The notes beneath the pieces are model-generated. The model made no database searches and was not told the DNA's origin. It saw only the letters and a list, made by a program, of their open reading frames with translations. Both the position numbers and the translations under genes were made by a program. From contig JAUCBJ010001204.1 in assembly GCA_032718475.1 (NCBI GenBank), positions 40,618-104,617 on the forward strand: DNA of 64,000 bases. Reading direction: 5' to 3'. Positions 34,285 through 46,665 of this stretch are shown one piece after another (positions within the stretch are counted from its first letter, which is position 1; each line of letters begins with the position of its first letter). The DNA comes from Nemertoderma westbladi. Taxonomy: Eukaryota > Animalia > Xenacoelomorpha.

Positions 34285-35471
34285 TGTAAAAGCTTTTGCG
34301 GAATTGGCTGGTTATTTTCCCCGCAAAGTACTCTGTAGTTGGTTTGACGGGCATAAAAGGCCGTTTCATTACTGTACTGGTGTTTTAGTGGACATAAAAA
34401 GCCATTTCTTCTGTATGTGTACTTTAGCGGACATAACTAGCAATTTTATGTCGCAATACGCTAAAATCCTCTTGACACAGTGTAGTTACTATGACGACGG
34501 CTAACAGCTGATCTGTACACGTGTAGCTTTTCCTTTGTCTCTTTGTTCGGACAACCAATCAGAGCGATTCTCCTGTTATTTGTACAGAAACCTCCGGGAA
34601 ATCGCGCAATGCATTACTGTTTATGTTTACCTTTTTTGCCTGATGCCAGAAGACCGGCTTTGGAACCTCTGTGTTTTTCAGGCTTCAGTCCTACATTAGT
34701 CGGCTTGATCATTGAAACGTATATCTGTTATCAAACCACAAACAAACTCAACAAACTAATCAATGCAAATCAGATTGTCAACTACAAACACCGCATTTTT
34801 ACTGCTATTTACTGTCGGTTATTAATTATATCAGTTGATGGAATATTATTATATTTGGATAATATCGGTGAATAATCATAAAACCCCCAATCTTCTTGAT
34901 ATACTGAAGGTAAGAGAGACCGGTTACATATAACAATTGCGACTTACTTTAAAGTGGTTTTGGAGTGAATTTAATGCTATTTCATAGGCACTACATGAGT
35001 TGGTTGTTGTTCTCTTTATATGTGACTAAAATCAGTGAAGGTCGGCAGATCGGTGTGCAGCATTGTGCGGTAGTGTGCATGATTGTGACTGATAACAAAG
35101 CATCTCCTAAAGAATGCGATTTATACGTGAATCTATAGTCATCCCGTTGTGTCTAGTGTAAGTCATAACTCTGTTTACATATTTAGAGCGCCACGTCCTA
35201 AAGGAACTGTTAATATTTCCTGAAAGTGAATAATATTGGTCAGAAATTATATCTTAACGATCAGTCGAATAATACAGTAGGCCTACGCCGCAATAAGGTC
35301 AAGCCCCCGAATCCAGTCTCCTGGGTATATCCAGCGGGTGAATGGTCGCGCATAGACTGGCTTCGGCTAATGTAGTGAATCAAATATTTGTCATAGGCTA
35401 AAGTCGATTTATAATCTAGAAGACATATAAATTTGGCAGGTTAAACTGCAAAAGGTCTGAAAGCGCGAACA
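34285..35471 (+). repeat. 3' LTR of inner element (1187 bp)
   Basis: Copy of 20080-21245 with an extra 21 bp (CGGGAAATCGCGCAATGCATT); followed by TSD CTCTC. Confidence 0.96.
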
Positions 35472-35984
35472 CTCTCACTTGCTAGTTCCCCCTGTCCAAA
35501 TCGGACTAGATAACGAAAATGTTTGTTGCACTCACCTAGCCTTTGGTACAACTTGGGCTGGTCTACCTTTCTCCCCTCCCTAGCGTCCTTCAACAGCCTC
35601 TTTGCGGCGTTGTATCCTCGTCGTAGGCGATCACTCATCCCAACGTCTTCCTCGTGGACTTTGCCTTCCCTCCTCGCCCCGCGCCCTACCGTCGGCCCTA
35701 CTGTCGCCATTCCGGTGGGCCGTTCGCCGCCCTCGGCCAGTGGTTGGCCTGGCGATTTCGGTACCTCGTCCGCCACTGGGATCTTGCGTCGACTTGTTTT
35801 CTCTCCCTCCCTGTACTCGGCCGCCCTCCTCCTCGATGTCCGGAGCCTCCCTCGTTGGCGATTCCGGTGTGGCGGGCCGGTACCGCCTCGTCGCGGCCTC
35901 TCGAAACGTTTGGTCTCTATCGCTCGGGGTCCGCGGCAGAGTCCCTTTGGTTTCTGAACCTCGGGGCGTTTGTTCGCTCATCAT
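35472..35984 (-). pseudogene. gag: Outer element gag, 5' part
   Basis: ORFs 35631-35984 and 35441-35776. Removing the inner element and one TSD copy joins ..GELASE-RATGVTTELFEL*RSEVAEASIVYL in frame with ORF 19693-20028. Confidence 0.75.
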
Positions 35985-36032
35985 TGGTGTTCTTTGGTTG
36001 TGGTCACAGTTTAATTAGTTGTCTCAGGTGGG

Positions 36033-36042
36033 TAGTTTTGAC
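36033..36042 (-). promoter_or_regulatory. Putative self-priming primer-binding site of the outer element (sense GTCAAAACTA)
   Basis: Abuts the LTR end at 36043. Plus-strand TAGTTTTGAC is the exact reverse complement of LTR 36268-36277. Confidence 0.55.
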
Positions 36043-36968
36043 TGTGACGGAATCCACTGGAGTTGACAGTGGTGGATTCCGATCGGTGTGTGGATTGTAC
36101 GCATCGTCGCATCTGTGTGCTGCTGGGCTAACGCTGGATATATATATATTACGCCGAAGGCCCTTGAAAACGACAGAGTTAAATTGTCAGTATTAATAAT
36201 CACAGTAATTGATAATAGCACAGTCTGAATATAATAATATGCAATACAACAGTCAATAACAACGACGGTCAAAACTATTCCGGTCTCACAACTGTAAGGA
36301 AATCAACTAATCTAATAATCAGTAATCACAATGGTTATATCATTGACACATATTACATTAGCCCTACACTACAGGGCGGCCTTAATATCCAATAGATGCG
36401 CTCTTGTCCTCCCCAATGTACTTTCCTGCCGACTATTGGCTTAACCTGATTAATTCTCACCTCGCCACTCCCTGTTGGCATTGTCCCTTGATGCTAGCCT
36501 TACTCCGCTTTACGGGTACTCCGCGTTACGGGTACTCCGCGTTACGGGTACTCCACATTACGGGTACTCCGCGTTACGGGTACTCCGCGTTACGGGTACT
36601 CCACTTTACGGGTATTCCATGTTACGGGTACTCCGCGTTACGGGTACTCCGCGTTACGGGTACTCCGCGTTACGGGTACTCCGCGTTACGGGTACTCCAC
36701 ATTACGGGTACTCCGCGTTACGGGTATTCCATGTTACGGGTACTCCGCGTTACGGGTACTCCGTGTTACGGGTACTCCGCGTTACGGGTACTCCGCGTTA
36801 CGGGTACTCCGCGTTACGGGTACTCCACTTTACGGGTATTCCATGTTACGGGTACTCCGCGTTACGGGTACTCCGCGTTACGGGTACTCCGCGTTACGGG
36901 TACTCCACTTTACGGGTATTCCATGTTACGGGTACTCCGCGTTACGGGTACTCCGTGTTAGGTACTCA
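36043..36968 (-). repeat. 5' LTR of outer element, including the 16-bp minisatellite (36501-36968)
   Basis: Starts TGTGACGG and ends GGTACTCA. Homologous to 13266-13720 and to 12806-13265. Right boundary inferred. Confidence 0.65.
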
Positions 36969-37139
36969 ATAATATAGATGTGTAACTCACAACTACAAGC
37001 CAAGCAAAACCGACAACAGTTCCTTCCCTCTCTGTATCTGTTGTAATCTAATCTAATCTAACCAGAATATCATATACAATTTTAATAAGCATGACCTAAC
37101 TTTAGATAAGCCAATAATCTATTTATTCCTCAAAATATA

Positions 37140-37300
37140 ACAGTAACGCGACAGTGAGTAGCCGTAACGAGACAGTGAGTAGCCATAACGCGACAGTGAG
37201 TAGCCGTAACGCGACAGTGAGTAACAGCAATGCGACAGTGAGTAGCCATAACGCGACAGTGAGTAACAGCAATGCGACAGCGAGTAGCCATAACGCGACA
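37140..37300. repeat. 21-bp minisatellite (AACGCGACAGTGAGTAGCCRT)
   Basis: About 7 tandem copies. Confidence 0.9.
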
Positions 37301-38058
37301 ATAGCGTTCTCACATATGCCACCTAAGTTCGTGTTGATGTTTATTTGATTCCTCATAAACAGTGTAAGGGACATAAGAGACTGTATAAGGGAGTCAAAAT
37401 TTTTATTTTAATGATTTTCTTAATTGAATTGGAGTTTCAATGATTTTCTTCTAATGTTTATATTATTCTGTAGGTTGTTTTGTTTTGCGTTTCATCAAAA
37501 TCAATATAAATACACATTATTTTTTGTTGTTGACGGTTCTTTTAATTACATAATATGTGATATAAATTTAAGTAAAGTGCACAAATGTAAATATATAATA
37601 AAAACCAGATAAGAATATTGGTAGTTAAACGCATAGTGTTGATATATTAATTTGTTCGTTAGCGTATCTTATTCCGTTGGAAAAAACACAGCATCAGGTT
37701 ATGCTTCCTTCCAAAACCCAGGATAATTAATCCAAAATTACCTCGTTCAGTATTTTGGCTTCCGCGCTGTGTGATCCCTTAGAGTCATGTGACAATTATT
37801 GTTAGAGCGCTCCTTAATTACTTTAATGTCATAATTAAAGTGTAAGTAGCGGGGGTTAGCTGTGGGAGTTTAAGTCTTGGCTCTGTCTTCTGCCCGTAAG
37901 TAGTCCTCTATGTGCTGCTAACGCTCGGTTTGTTACCTCAGGGACTGCTGGCCATAAGATTGGAAATCATCAATGATAATGTATGAGTTTGTTGGGGCAG
38001 TGTTTGATAGGCGGGCTGGATCAGCGACAGGGCCCTTTAGAAAACATATTAAAATGTC

Positions 38059-38808
38059 GCACCAAGCTCCACTAACCGCTTAGTGTTAGTGAAAAAAGTG
38101 CTTTGTGACACAAACCTACACCACCCTAACAGCTCTTATCTTACCGTTGCACCAAACTCACTATTAACCAGTAAATGTCACTAACTACTTAGTGCCGGAT
38201 GCTTATATTTAATTAATACCTACTTCCTATAAATAATATTCGATGGCTTCTCAGCGTATTTTGTTGTTTGAGCTTCGTCAAAGGGACAATGGGGTTTTCT
38301 TCATAAGTAGAAAAAATGCGGATCAACGTCAATTTTTCAACCAGCGTTGCGTTGTATATTTGTATGTCAGTAGGCCTACGGTACCGTTTAATTCAGCCTA
38401 TCAGGTGCGCTAAACCAGTTCAACCACTTGCCCCTAATCCTTACTCTCCCACCTAATATCCACGTATAATTATTGAACAAGCAGTCTTTACAGAATTTCC
38501 ATATCCTTCTGGGTTTCATCCTCATGCGTAAATTTTGCCGTCGGCGGTTTTTTCATATATTCATACTGTATTTAAAACGAACGCGGGACCACCAATTTAG
38601 TAGGCCTACTGTAATTCCGCTTAGTGGGGTTTGTTAGTGGGAGTGCTTGGTGAGGTGGTTAGGGGGGTAAACTGGCACTAACTTGAGTGTTAGTGTTAGT
38701 GAGCTTGGTGCAACGGTAATATATGAAAGTCTCACACTCACTCAAGTTAGTGCCACTAACACCACCGTAAGCGGTTAGTGGCACTAAGTAGTTAGTGGAG
38801 CTTGGTGC
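38059..38808. mobile_element. Decayed MITE-like element
   Basis: GCACCAAGCTCCACTAAC (38059) is inverted relative to GTTAGTGGAGCTTGGTGC (~38791-38808), with repeated internal copies of the motif. Confidence 0.4.
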
Positions 38809-39963
38809 AATAGAGGTTATAATTATGGAATATTAGTGTTGCTTTGGTAACACCCACGGAGAAATTTCCGATAAAACCTGTCGATATTATCCACTTGCTT
38901 GTATGTGTTGCAATTAAATCAACAATTAATTAACGGCTGTATAATATGGCGCGAAATTTTTGTGTAATCGGCAGTGACTCAAATTGGGCCGTTTTGAATA
39001 GCAAGGAATTTGGTTCTGACGTCACGCCACATCTGCAGTTGCATCTGCAGTAACCCCCCCCCCCCCCCCCCCCCCGACTCGTAGATTTATGCAAAGCATA
39101 AGTCGTATTACACTTGGAACAACGATTCTCCAACTAATGAAGGCACTTACAGTAGTTGCGAAGCCTGCATTTTAATTTCTACTTTGATTTATTTTCCGAG
39201 AAGTGTTTAAAACGTGTCCTTTTAAAAGCAGCCAGAGTTCGAGCGACTGCGCGACAAAGGAAGTTATTAACGCTTAAACGAAATGAAACCCCAAGGCGAT
39301 AAACAATCCGTGAGGAATCAGTTTAATGTCGACAGTATTGACCGGTGGGAATATTTCAAATTGGTTTCCTATTAGGGGATGAATGGACGGGCAGAGATGA
39401 TTAAACTAGCCCGTAACAAATCATAAAGTAGAGGAAAAGGCGAATGTGAAAATAGAAACACCCGAGGCGACCCGAAGGCTGTTCTCTCTCAAGTCTCGTC
39501 TCTTGACTGTTACTTGTATGGCAGGGAAGGGAGGATTCTACACTAACTCCCAAGACGCAACATTCCATAACTAACGAATCCTTTTCTTTACCCTCCCTCC
39601 AGCTGTTTTAACCAAAACAATAATTGTATGATTATGATCCCCTGCAGTGTGAGGCGTCATAATGGGGAGGGGGGGGGGGGGGGGGGGGGGGGATGGGATG
39701 GTGTATATCCTATGTAAATCTATTTGAAGATTTAGATATGTTAATAAAAGAGCGGCTTAATTTAATAAAAATTAATTCGCTGTCAAGTACCTTTTACTAA
39801 AGATATAATTAAATTATTGAGTTATATTAATTCATTTACCAATATTAATTATATATTATGTAGTAATATGCCTATAGTAAAGTTAACTGTGACACAAACA
39901 AAGGAGTACAATTACAAAGGTGTTTATATCAAGATCTCGCAAAACAAAACGAGAACCAACATA

Positions 39964-40690
39964 CACCATCACCCTTAATACAACAACCATTTTTAGGGGG
40001 GTCGGACCCCCCCCCCCCCCCCTAATTTTTTTCAAATTTCAATAAAATGCTACGAAATTCGGTATGATGATAGATCGACACCTTTTCTTACTGGTGGCCT
40101 GGCCGGATTTTTCAATTTCTCAGGTATTTCCATACAACAAGCCCTTAAAAATGTCTATTTAGCAATGTTTAACCTCCTCCATAGACTTTATTTTTCGTAT
40201 ATTAATTATTATTTAGCTGAGCGTTTAAAACTCTACATATTGTTTCTACATTATATGCGTAATTAATATTCTAGAATTGAGTATAATAAAACGTTAGAAT
40301 TATATCAATTTACGTGTCAAAATGATTGAATACCTTTGAATTTTGATAATATCTCCGGAAGTTAGTGGTGAAATTTAAAACGGTTTTCTGAATCTGAATC
40401 TGCAGATGAAGGCGGTTCTAATGAAATTGAGATTTCATTCCAAAGACGAAAAATAAAACCGACTGAAGTGGCTAAATATTGCGAAATAGACGATTGTTAA
40501 CGGCTTGTTGTATCGAAATAGCTCATAAATTAAAAAATCCGGCTCTGCCACCAGTAAGAAAAATTGTCAAACTATCATCATACCAAATTTTAATTGAACC
40601 AAAATTTTATTGAAATTTGAAAAAATTAGGGAGGGGGGGGGGGGGGGTCCGACCCCCCTAAAAATGGTTGTTGTATTGAGGCAGATGGTG
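39964..40690. mobile_element. MITE with long TIRs and TA flanks (Tc1/mariner-type)
   Basis: TA|CACCATC...GATGGTG|TA. Inverted similarity extends about 200 bp. No ORF. Confidence 0.85.
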
Positions 40691-42510
40691 TATATTAATC
40701 TGGAGCTCCACGTTGCTGAAATATTGATGGTAGGTAAACAAAATGGTGATTCTACTAATCCTTATTTATGAATTAATGATACAAAATCAGTAAAAAATGC
40801 ACCATAAAAATAAAAAGAGGACCGCAAAAACAATATTACTTTTAGGGCTTTTTTTTTATTAGCAATAAATTTTTATTATTTAAGTTAATTTTATGAAACC
40901 AAATCATTATAGGCGCTAATTACTTGTTTTTATCTATGTTTATATCTTTCCATTTGACTACTAATAGCAGCACCGCATCGAACCGATATTTTTCCATTTT
41001 GGACTGTGAAAATGTATTCGCAAAAATTATGGGCGAGGGTTAACAACACGGTTGAATAATGTGTACAACTGATCGTCTCACAGAATAACAAGAATTGCCG
41101 GAGCCGTGGAAAACAAATCCAATAAATTTGTATAGGGCAGATCGATATTATAACCTTTGAGTTGACCACCTCAAACCGCCACAGAATATAAAAAAAATCC
41201 AGTATTTCATTAGCGAATAACCAATAAATGAATAATTTTAATGTAAACTGACATTAAGTCAAGAACATATAACTCCACAGTCAACTGGATTAGGGACTTA
41301 GGGAGTTTAATGTTGTACTAAAAGCCATCCCGTACAATATTTTTGGATGTTAAACATTGTCAAAAGTTATTGTGAGAACATTATTTTTCAAGTGTTATTT
41401 TATTATATATATAATTACATTGTTATATTTTACTAAGTTCTAGAACGATAAGCTAAATAAATAATAATGTGAATTGTCTGGATCATTAAACAGTGATATC
41501 TGAACACAACAATATATTTTAGATTGACAAAAATATACTTTCAATTGAATATCGATTAATTTCGATAATAAATACTTGTAAATATTTAATATAGGATTGT
41601 TTTTAGTTTAAATAAACTCAATTCAACATTCTGGTAGATATTGCAAAATAAACTATCTGACAAATACAACCACCAACCTAATGTAGCCACAGTTGAAAAT
41701 CATAAATAAACAGTTAATTATATTATATCTGTGTAATATGACGTCTCCACCATAAAATAATGTACGTGGTTGATAAATATTTGAAAAATTAAACTATTGA
41801 CTGAAAAACTTGTCGTAACTTAATGATTAGGTCCCGCCCCCTTATAGTTTTAAAATTTCAATCAAAAGCGACGATATTTGGAAAGGCGAATTGGGAAATC
41901 GGCTTTCAATTTCAGCCTAAATCGACGCCGAGAATAATTATCTTACCGAATTTGGTTACATTGGAGATATAATTGTTAATAAGTTGTTGTTCGATTAAGG
42001 GGGATGGACCGATGGTGTAATGTAGTAAAACGGTATATAAATGCCCTCCCGGGGTATTCCCCCGCTCACAAGTGGTGCATTCTGTTAGTATCTCGAGTAG
42101 TTAGAATTATAGGAATGTTAAGTCGAGCTTTCCTACGAAACATAAATTCTTCACTCGCTACAATTTGAAAGTTATTATATAACACAAATATGTGGTGAAT
42201 CCTAGTAACTAGAAGCGATAATAACAGTAAATAAACGAAACGTCGACAACCCAAAGTTTAATCCCAACAGCGACCGCCCATAAATACAACTGTCCAACAT
42301 TTTAACCAAATGTTCTGTTCAACGAAGTAACAACATGTCGAGTCTATCAATGTAACAGTCCAACAAGCATCAATGTGAAACGTAACTAAATAAAGTCCAA
42401 CAATGTAATGTAACTAGAGAACAGTACCGGTATATACAAATATTCAACAAAGTTTTACATTTTAGTATTTGACCCCGGGTTGGTGAGGCTTCCTTCCTAC
42501 ACCCCGGGCC

Positions 42511-43617
42511 CTACACCACGTGTTTATCCACCGATATGAGCGGCGTTTTATCCGGCAATGGGCCCGCTAGATCCCCGGACAACGGCTGAAACGTCAACAA
42601 CTTCTCGGGCATCAGCGCGACGACTTTCTTCTTCTCCACCGATTTCGCGGCCTTTCTGCGCGCCGCGGTGGCGCAAAGCAACCACATAACGGCGATAACA
42701 CTAAACCCTAGCGTACCGATGAGCATCCAGTGGGTGACGCCCAACTTACAGTTGAGCAACCGGCGTATAGCAGAGAAGATACCGCGGTTGTAATTGTTTG
42801 ACTCCTCGAAGTTGATATCTTGATCTTCCTTATTGAGATGATCCCTTACCATATCGTTAGAAACAAATTCGCCGCCCAAATCTTCTGGTTTATCATCTAA
42901 AACATATTGGTCATTCCAAACAGAAGCGTCTTCCTCTATCTCAGGTTCTTCTTCTTCATCTACCCAGGAATCTTTATCAACCCTGACATTCCCGTCTGCA
43001 TCGATGGTTTTCTCTCTTATATGGACCTCCCCATCCGCGCCTCTTTGTATGGAAACCATATGACCGGCGACTCCTTTAGGGAGACCCATTGCGTCGAAGG
43101 GGTCCTCAGAACCGCCCTCGAAGAACGAGCGCATATTCTGCATCATAGAGAGCATGCGGTCGGTGATGGAATCAAGGTTGCCGGGTTCCGCTTCGCTGCC
43201 AATATCGAACGGAGGGAATAGGATCTGGTCGGATATTCTTCCTAGAGGGATAATGCTGATGCCGCGATCCGCGCTCCCCGTTGGGTTAGCGGTGAACTGG
43301 TAGCAGCAGCCGGAATCGCCGCAAACATTGTCGAGCTCATCGTCGATAGGGTAATTCTCTTTACACGATAGGGAGCAGTCCTCGATAGCATCGTTGACGT
43401 CGTTGTCTATCAGCTGAATAACATTGTAAAGCGCGCAACCTTTTGAGCACGCTCCAACCCTGGCATCATTCCCATCGAAGGTATCCAAGCAATATGTGAC
43501 GCACGAGCGATCTGTGTTCTCTATAACGCTGTCGTTACATGTTAGCGCGGCTTGTGTCGTTTGGGTACTCGCGATAATGAGCAGTGCGAGATAAACCGAA
43601 CCCCCCATAAAATACAT
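42511..43617 (-). CDS. TMEM59: TMEM59/BSMAP-family type I membrane protein, 368 aa, uninterrupted CDS
   Basis: Signal peptide, then the cysteine pattern SCVTYCLDTF..ACSKGCALY..CSLSCKENY, resembling SCHRACQLTY..ACQRGCRLF..CESACTEAY. TM WMLIGTLGFSVIAVMWLLCAT. C-terminal AGPLPDK resembles AGPLPTK. Confidence 0.88.
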   Translation of the reverse strand: MYFMGGSVYLALLIIASTQTTQAALTCNDSVIENTDRSCVTYCLDTFDGNDARVGACSKGCALYNVIQLIDNDVNDAIEDCSLSCKENYPIDDELDNVCGDSGCCYQFTANPTGSADRGISIIPLGRISDQILFPPFDIGSEAEPGNLDSITDRMLSMMQNMRSFFEGGSEDPFDAMGLPKGVAGHMVSIQRGADGEVHIREKTIDADGNVRVDKDSWVDEEEEPEIEEDASVWNDQYVLDDKPEDLGGEFVSNDMVRDHLNKEDQDINFEESNNYNRGIFSAIRRLLNCKLGVTHWMLIGTLGFSVIAVMWLLCATAARRKAAKSVEKKKVVALMPEKLLTFQPLSGDLAGPLPDKTPLISVDKHVV

Positions 43618-43960
43618 TGTCTAAAGTCAGAAAGTCAAATGAAGTCAAAATCAAAAGTAAGGCCTACTGAATTATGTTATGCAAACAGCCTACCTATCGG
43701 TACGCACGCGGTACCTACCTCAGTTTTATATATACTTTACTGCTTTAATAAACCTAATCTTTTAAGGTTGAGGCAGTTAAGGTTGATGGTAAGTGTTGGT
43801 CAATTCGCTCCTAGAAAGACCCATTAGTTTATTATGATATTGTCAGAATCGAGTCTAACTGCCCATATAACTGTAGAGTGACTTGTTCGGCTTCTCAATG
43901 TATGAATGTAAAGTGTGTCCAGATTTATATAGCTGCAGCTGCCCTGCCACGTTAGTTAAA

Positions 43961-45125
43961 ATATAGAATCAGGACATTAAGCCCAAAATACCTTCCAGAC
44001 CCTAAGGCCATCAAGGAACACAAAACAAAACAAACAAAAAACACAAACAAAAGTATAGTATCAGGACATTAAGCCCAAAATACCTTCCAGACCCTAAGGC
44101 CATAAGGAACACAAAATAAAACAAACAAAAAACATAAACAAAATATATTATACCATGCTCCACATACAAGTATGTATCGCAACCCTAACCCTAAAACCTA
44201 ACCGCCATACACTAAATGATACCGGTATTAAACTGCACAAAAGCTAAGCCTATATTCTATAAGAAAATATATGACATTTTTGTCGCCGTGAAAGAGGTAG
44301 GACTAAGACAAAAATAATTAATTTGTTAAAAATATGGTTGCGTTTCGGCGTCTAGGACCAGTACGCGCTAATCCTCGACACCTCATCAGCTGGACAGGGA
44401 ATTAGCCAAGCCTAACTATATTGCACCATTGACCTAAATTAATCGCACCATCAACTCAGTTACCACTCAGCCCAAACAGACTTCAGACCTCAGAAACATT
44501 GGAACCCTATAGGCCTACGGTAAATAAACATGTTACCAATGGAAAACTGGTAGTTTGCTAGAGCAAACACACAGCACAAAAATTATATAAGATTTAACAA
44601 CATGCAGTGATGCCAGAGTTCTGCTCTATCCCAGTAAAAATTCGGGATATTCATATGTGATAATTGAATGTACCGACATACTGACTAACAGGGGGTTGTG
44701 ATGTATATATTAACTTTAAGGTAAACACTAGAGTCTTACACCCTTAAACTACAAAAAAATATAGAATCAGGACATTAAGCCCAAAATACCTTCCAGACCC
44801 TAAGGCCATAAAGGAACACAAAACAAAACAAACAAAAAACATAAACAAAATATATTATACCATGCTCCACATACAAGTATGTATCGCAACCCTAACCCTA
44901 AAACCTAACCGCCATACACTAAATGATACCGGTATTAAACTGCACAAAAGCTAAGCCTATATTCTATAAGAAAATATATGACATTTTTGTCGCCGTGAAA
45001 GAGGTAGGACTAAGACAAAAATAGTAGTTTAAGGGTGTAAGACTCTAGTCTAGTGTTTACCTTAAAGTTAATATATACATCACAACCCCCTGTTAGTCAG
45101 TATGTCGGTACATTCAATTATCACC
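43961..45125 (-). mobile_element. Rearranged insertion with direct and inverted internal duplications (possibly Penelope-like)
   Basis: Flanked by TTAGTTAAA at 43952-43960 and 45126-45134. Segment ~44060-44315 is repeated at ~44767-45023. Inverted pair at 44657-44752 and 45024-45124. Confidence 0.5.
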
Positions 45126-45212
45126 TTAGTTAAAGACAGTGCATGGTGCATGTAAACACATACATGTAGCGCATTCCATTTTTAGGGGTAGGCCTATGTC
45201 AGGTATGTATCT

Positions 45213-46350
45213 CTACTACTACTAGGATCGGCATGCTGCATTGCAGCTGCATTTTTAAGAATGCTGTGCCGGCTTGTCAACAAAATTGCACCGCCACAAC
45301 TCCCTATCACCCGTGACATTTGCTAGATCATCCGCATCTTCAAGGCCAGTGTCCTTTAAGATGCGTCCCAAGAAAGTCATGGGCTGTCCACCATGCTTAT
45401 TCACACCATGAGGCTGCCAAAGTACAAGATTATGCACTGGCTGCGGCTGGTCCTCACGGCGAAAGCAATGTCCTGCAAAGAGCAAAGCGGAGGCGATTTT
45501 GTTCTAGTGTCAAGCTTGGGGGAACCAATGAGACACCTCCAATGTTATATAGTGTCTGGTTGGAGATGTGTGCATTGTACTTGACACAATGAACCCGGCG
45601 TAGCATTCTTGTGAATGTGCCATCCAGAGATTTGGTGTCCTCAGCAGTTAGAGCCCAGCATGGACTCTCGTAGAGGAGTACTGGAACTACTGCTGCTCTA
45701 AATAATCGGACCTTAAGTTTCCGATTAATTCTCGTTGACTTCCAAATTCTGGAAAGCCTATTCAAGGCTGCCCATGCCTTTCCCCAACGTATTCGAAGGT
45801 CCTCACCTGACTTCCGGATCCATGATCCCAGGTAACAGAAGTCGTCCACATGCTCAAGCATACCATCCTTTGAGCTTATGCTCATCTGATCACAGACTTG
45901 CTGAGGACTTTCAAAGTTAACTGTCAAAATTTTGGTCTTTCTGGAGTTAATAAAAAGACCAACACTAGAAGCAGCATGTTCTAATGAGCTGAGGAGCCGT
46001 TGGGCTCCCTCTAATGATTCTTAGAGTACTCCTAACACCTAAGTCATCAGCAAAGTCTAGATCAGTTAGGTACTTGGCAGGATTTCCTCGACTTCTGGAG
46101 CCAGTAGGTGGAGTTATCATCACCCCATCTGCCCATCAGCCATCATCATTATGATGATCTAAGGACATGTGTAGAACATAGTCAACCACAATAATGAACA
46201 AGAATGGTCCAAGTGTGTCTCCTTGGAGGACGCCCCATAACACAGTAACACTTAAAATGGTTCTGTGTCACCGTCAACAGTAGACACAAATGTTGTCTAA
46301 CCATCGTATACTGATCTGATTGCTGCAATAATTTCAACAGGAATCCCATA
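45213..46350 (-). mobile_element. 5'-truncated RTE-like LINE with RT fragment, degenerate
   Basis: Minus strand encodes GVLQGDTLGPFLFIIVVDYVL, YLTDLDFADDL and VDDFCYLGSWI..AWAALNRLSRIWKS. (TAG)n tail at the 3' end. Confidence 0.88.
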
Positions 46351-46359
46351 CTATGTATC

Positions 46360-46665
46360 TCGAGTCCGAGTGCACCCCATCAACAGCCGACTGCACCCCT
46401 CCTGACTGCCTGAGTGCACCACTTCCGAGTGCTGGAGTGCACCCCTCCCGAGTGCACCACTTCCGAGTGTACCCCTCCCGAGTGCACCACTTCCGACAGT
46501 CCGAGTGCAGCACTTCCGAGTGCAACCCTCCCGACTGCCCGAGTCCAGCTTAGATGTTCACGTGCTGCTCGAAATCCCAGACTAGTTAACCAGTCCAGCA
46601 GTCAGCTTAGTTGTGTTGTTCACGTGCTGCTCGAAGTCCCAGACTAGTTAACCAGTCAGCTTAGT
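46360..46665. repeat. Short tandem repeats (CCGAGTGCACC-type, then a ~55-65-bp unit)
   Basis: Seen directly; the second unit resumes after 49127. Confidence 0.75.

Larger units (their letters stand above)
20080..35471 (+). mobile_element. Inner BEL/Pao-type LTR retrotransposon, 15.4 kb, non-autonomous (gag-PR plus extra ORF, no RT or IN core)
   Basis: Paired LTRs TGTAAAAG...GCGAACA. 5-bp TSD CTCTC at 20075-20079 and 35472-35476. Purine tract before the 3' LTR. BEL-type gag, CCHC and protease motifs. Confidence 0.95.
13266..36968 (-). mobile_element. Outer BEL/Pao-type LTR retrotransposon, non-autonomous and degenerate, interrupted by the inner element
   Basis: Direct repeats start TGTGACGGAATCC at 13266 and 36043. 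Minus-strand fragments show BEL gag (IELPPVEPFKFDG), protease (LVDSGAAFTL), VSLIVGMDC..AILTPFGWTLTGP, and an integrase C-terminal remnant (ALTPAHILRGRP). No RT. Outer boundary uncertain and no TSD found. Confidence 0.8.

Noticed and set aside
12806-36968. DIRS/Ngaro tyrosine-recombinase element (split direct repeats)
   Set aside because: Coding remnants are BEL/Pao type (aspartic protease, IN tail) and no tyrosine recombinase motifs are visible.
44180-44203. Telomere or interstitial telomeric array
   Set aside because: Only about 3 imperfect CCCTAA units, inside a duplicated repeat.
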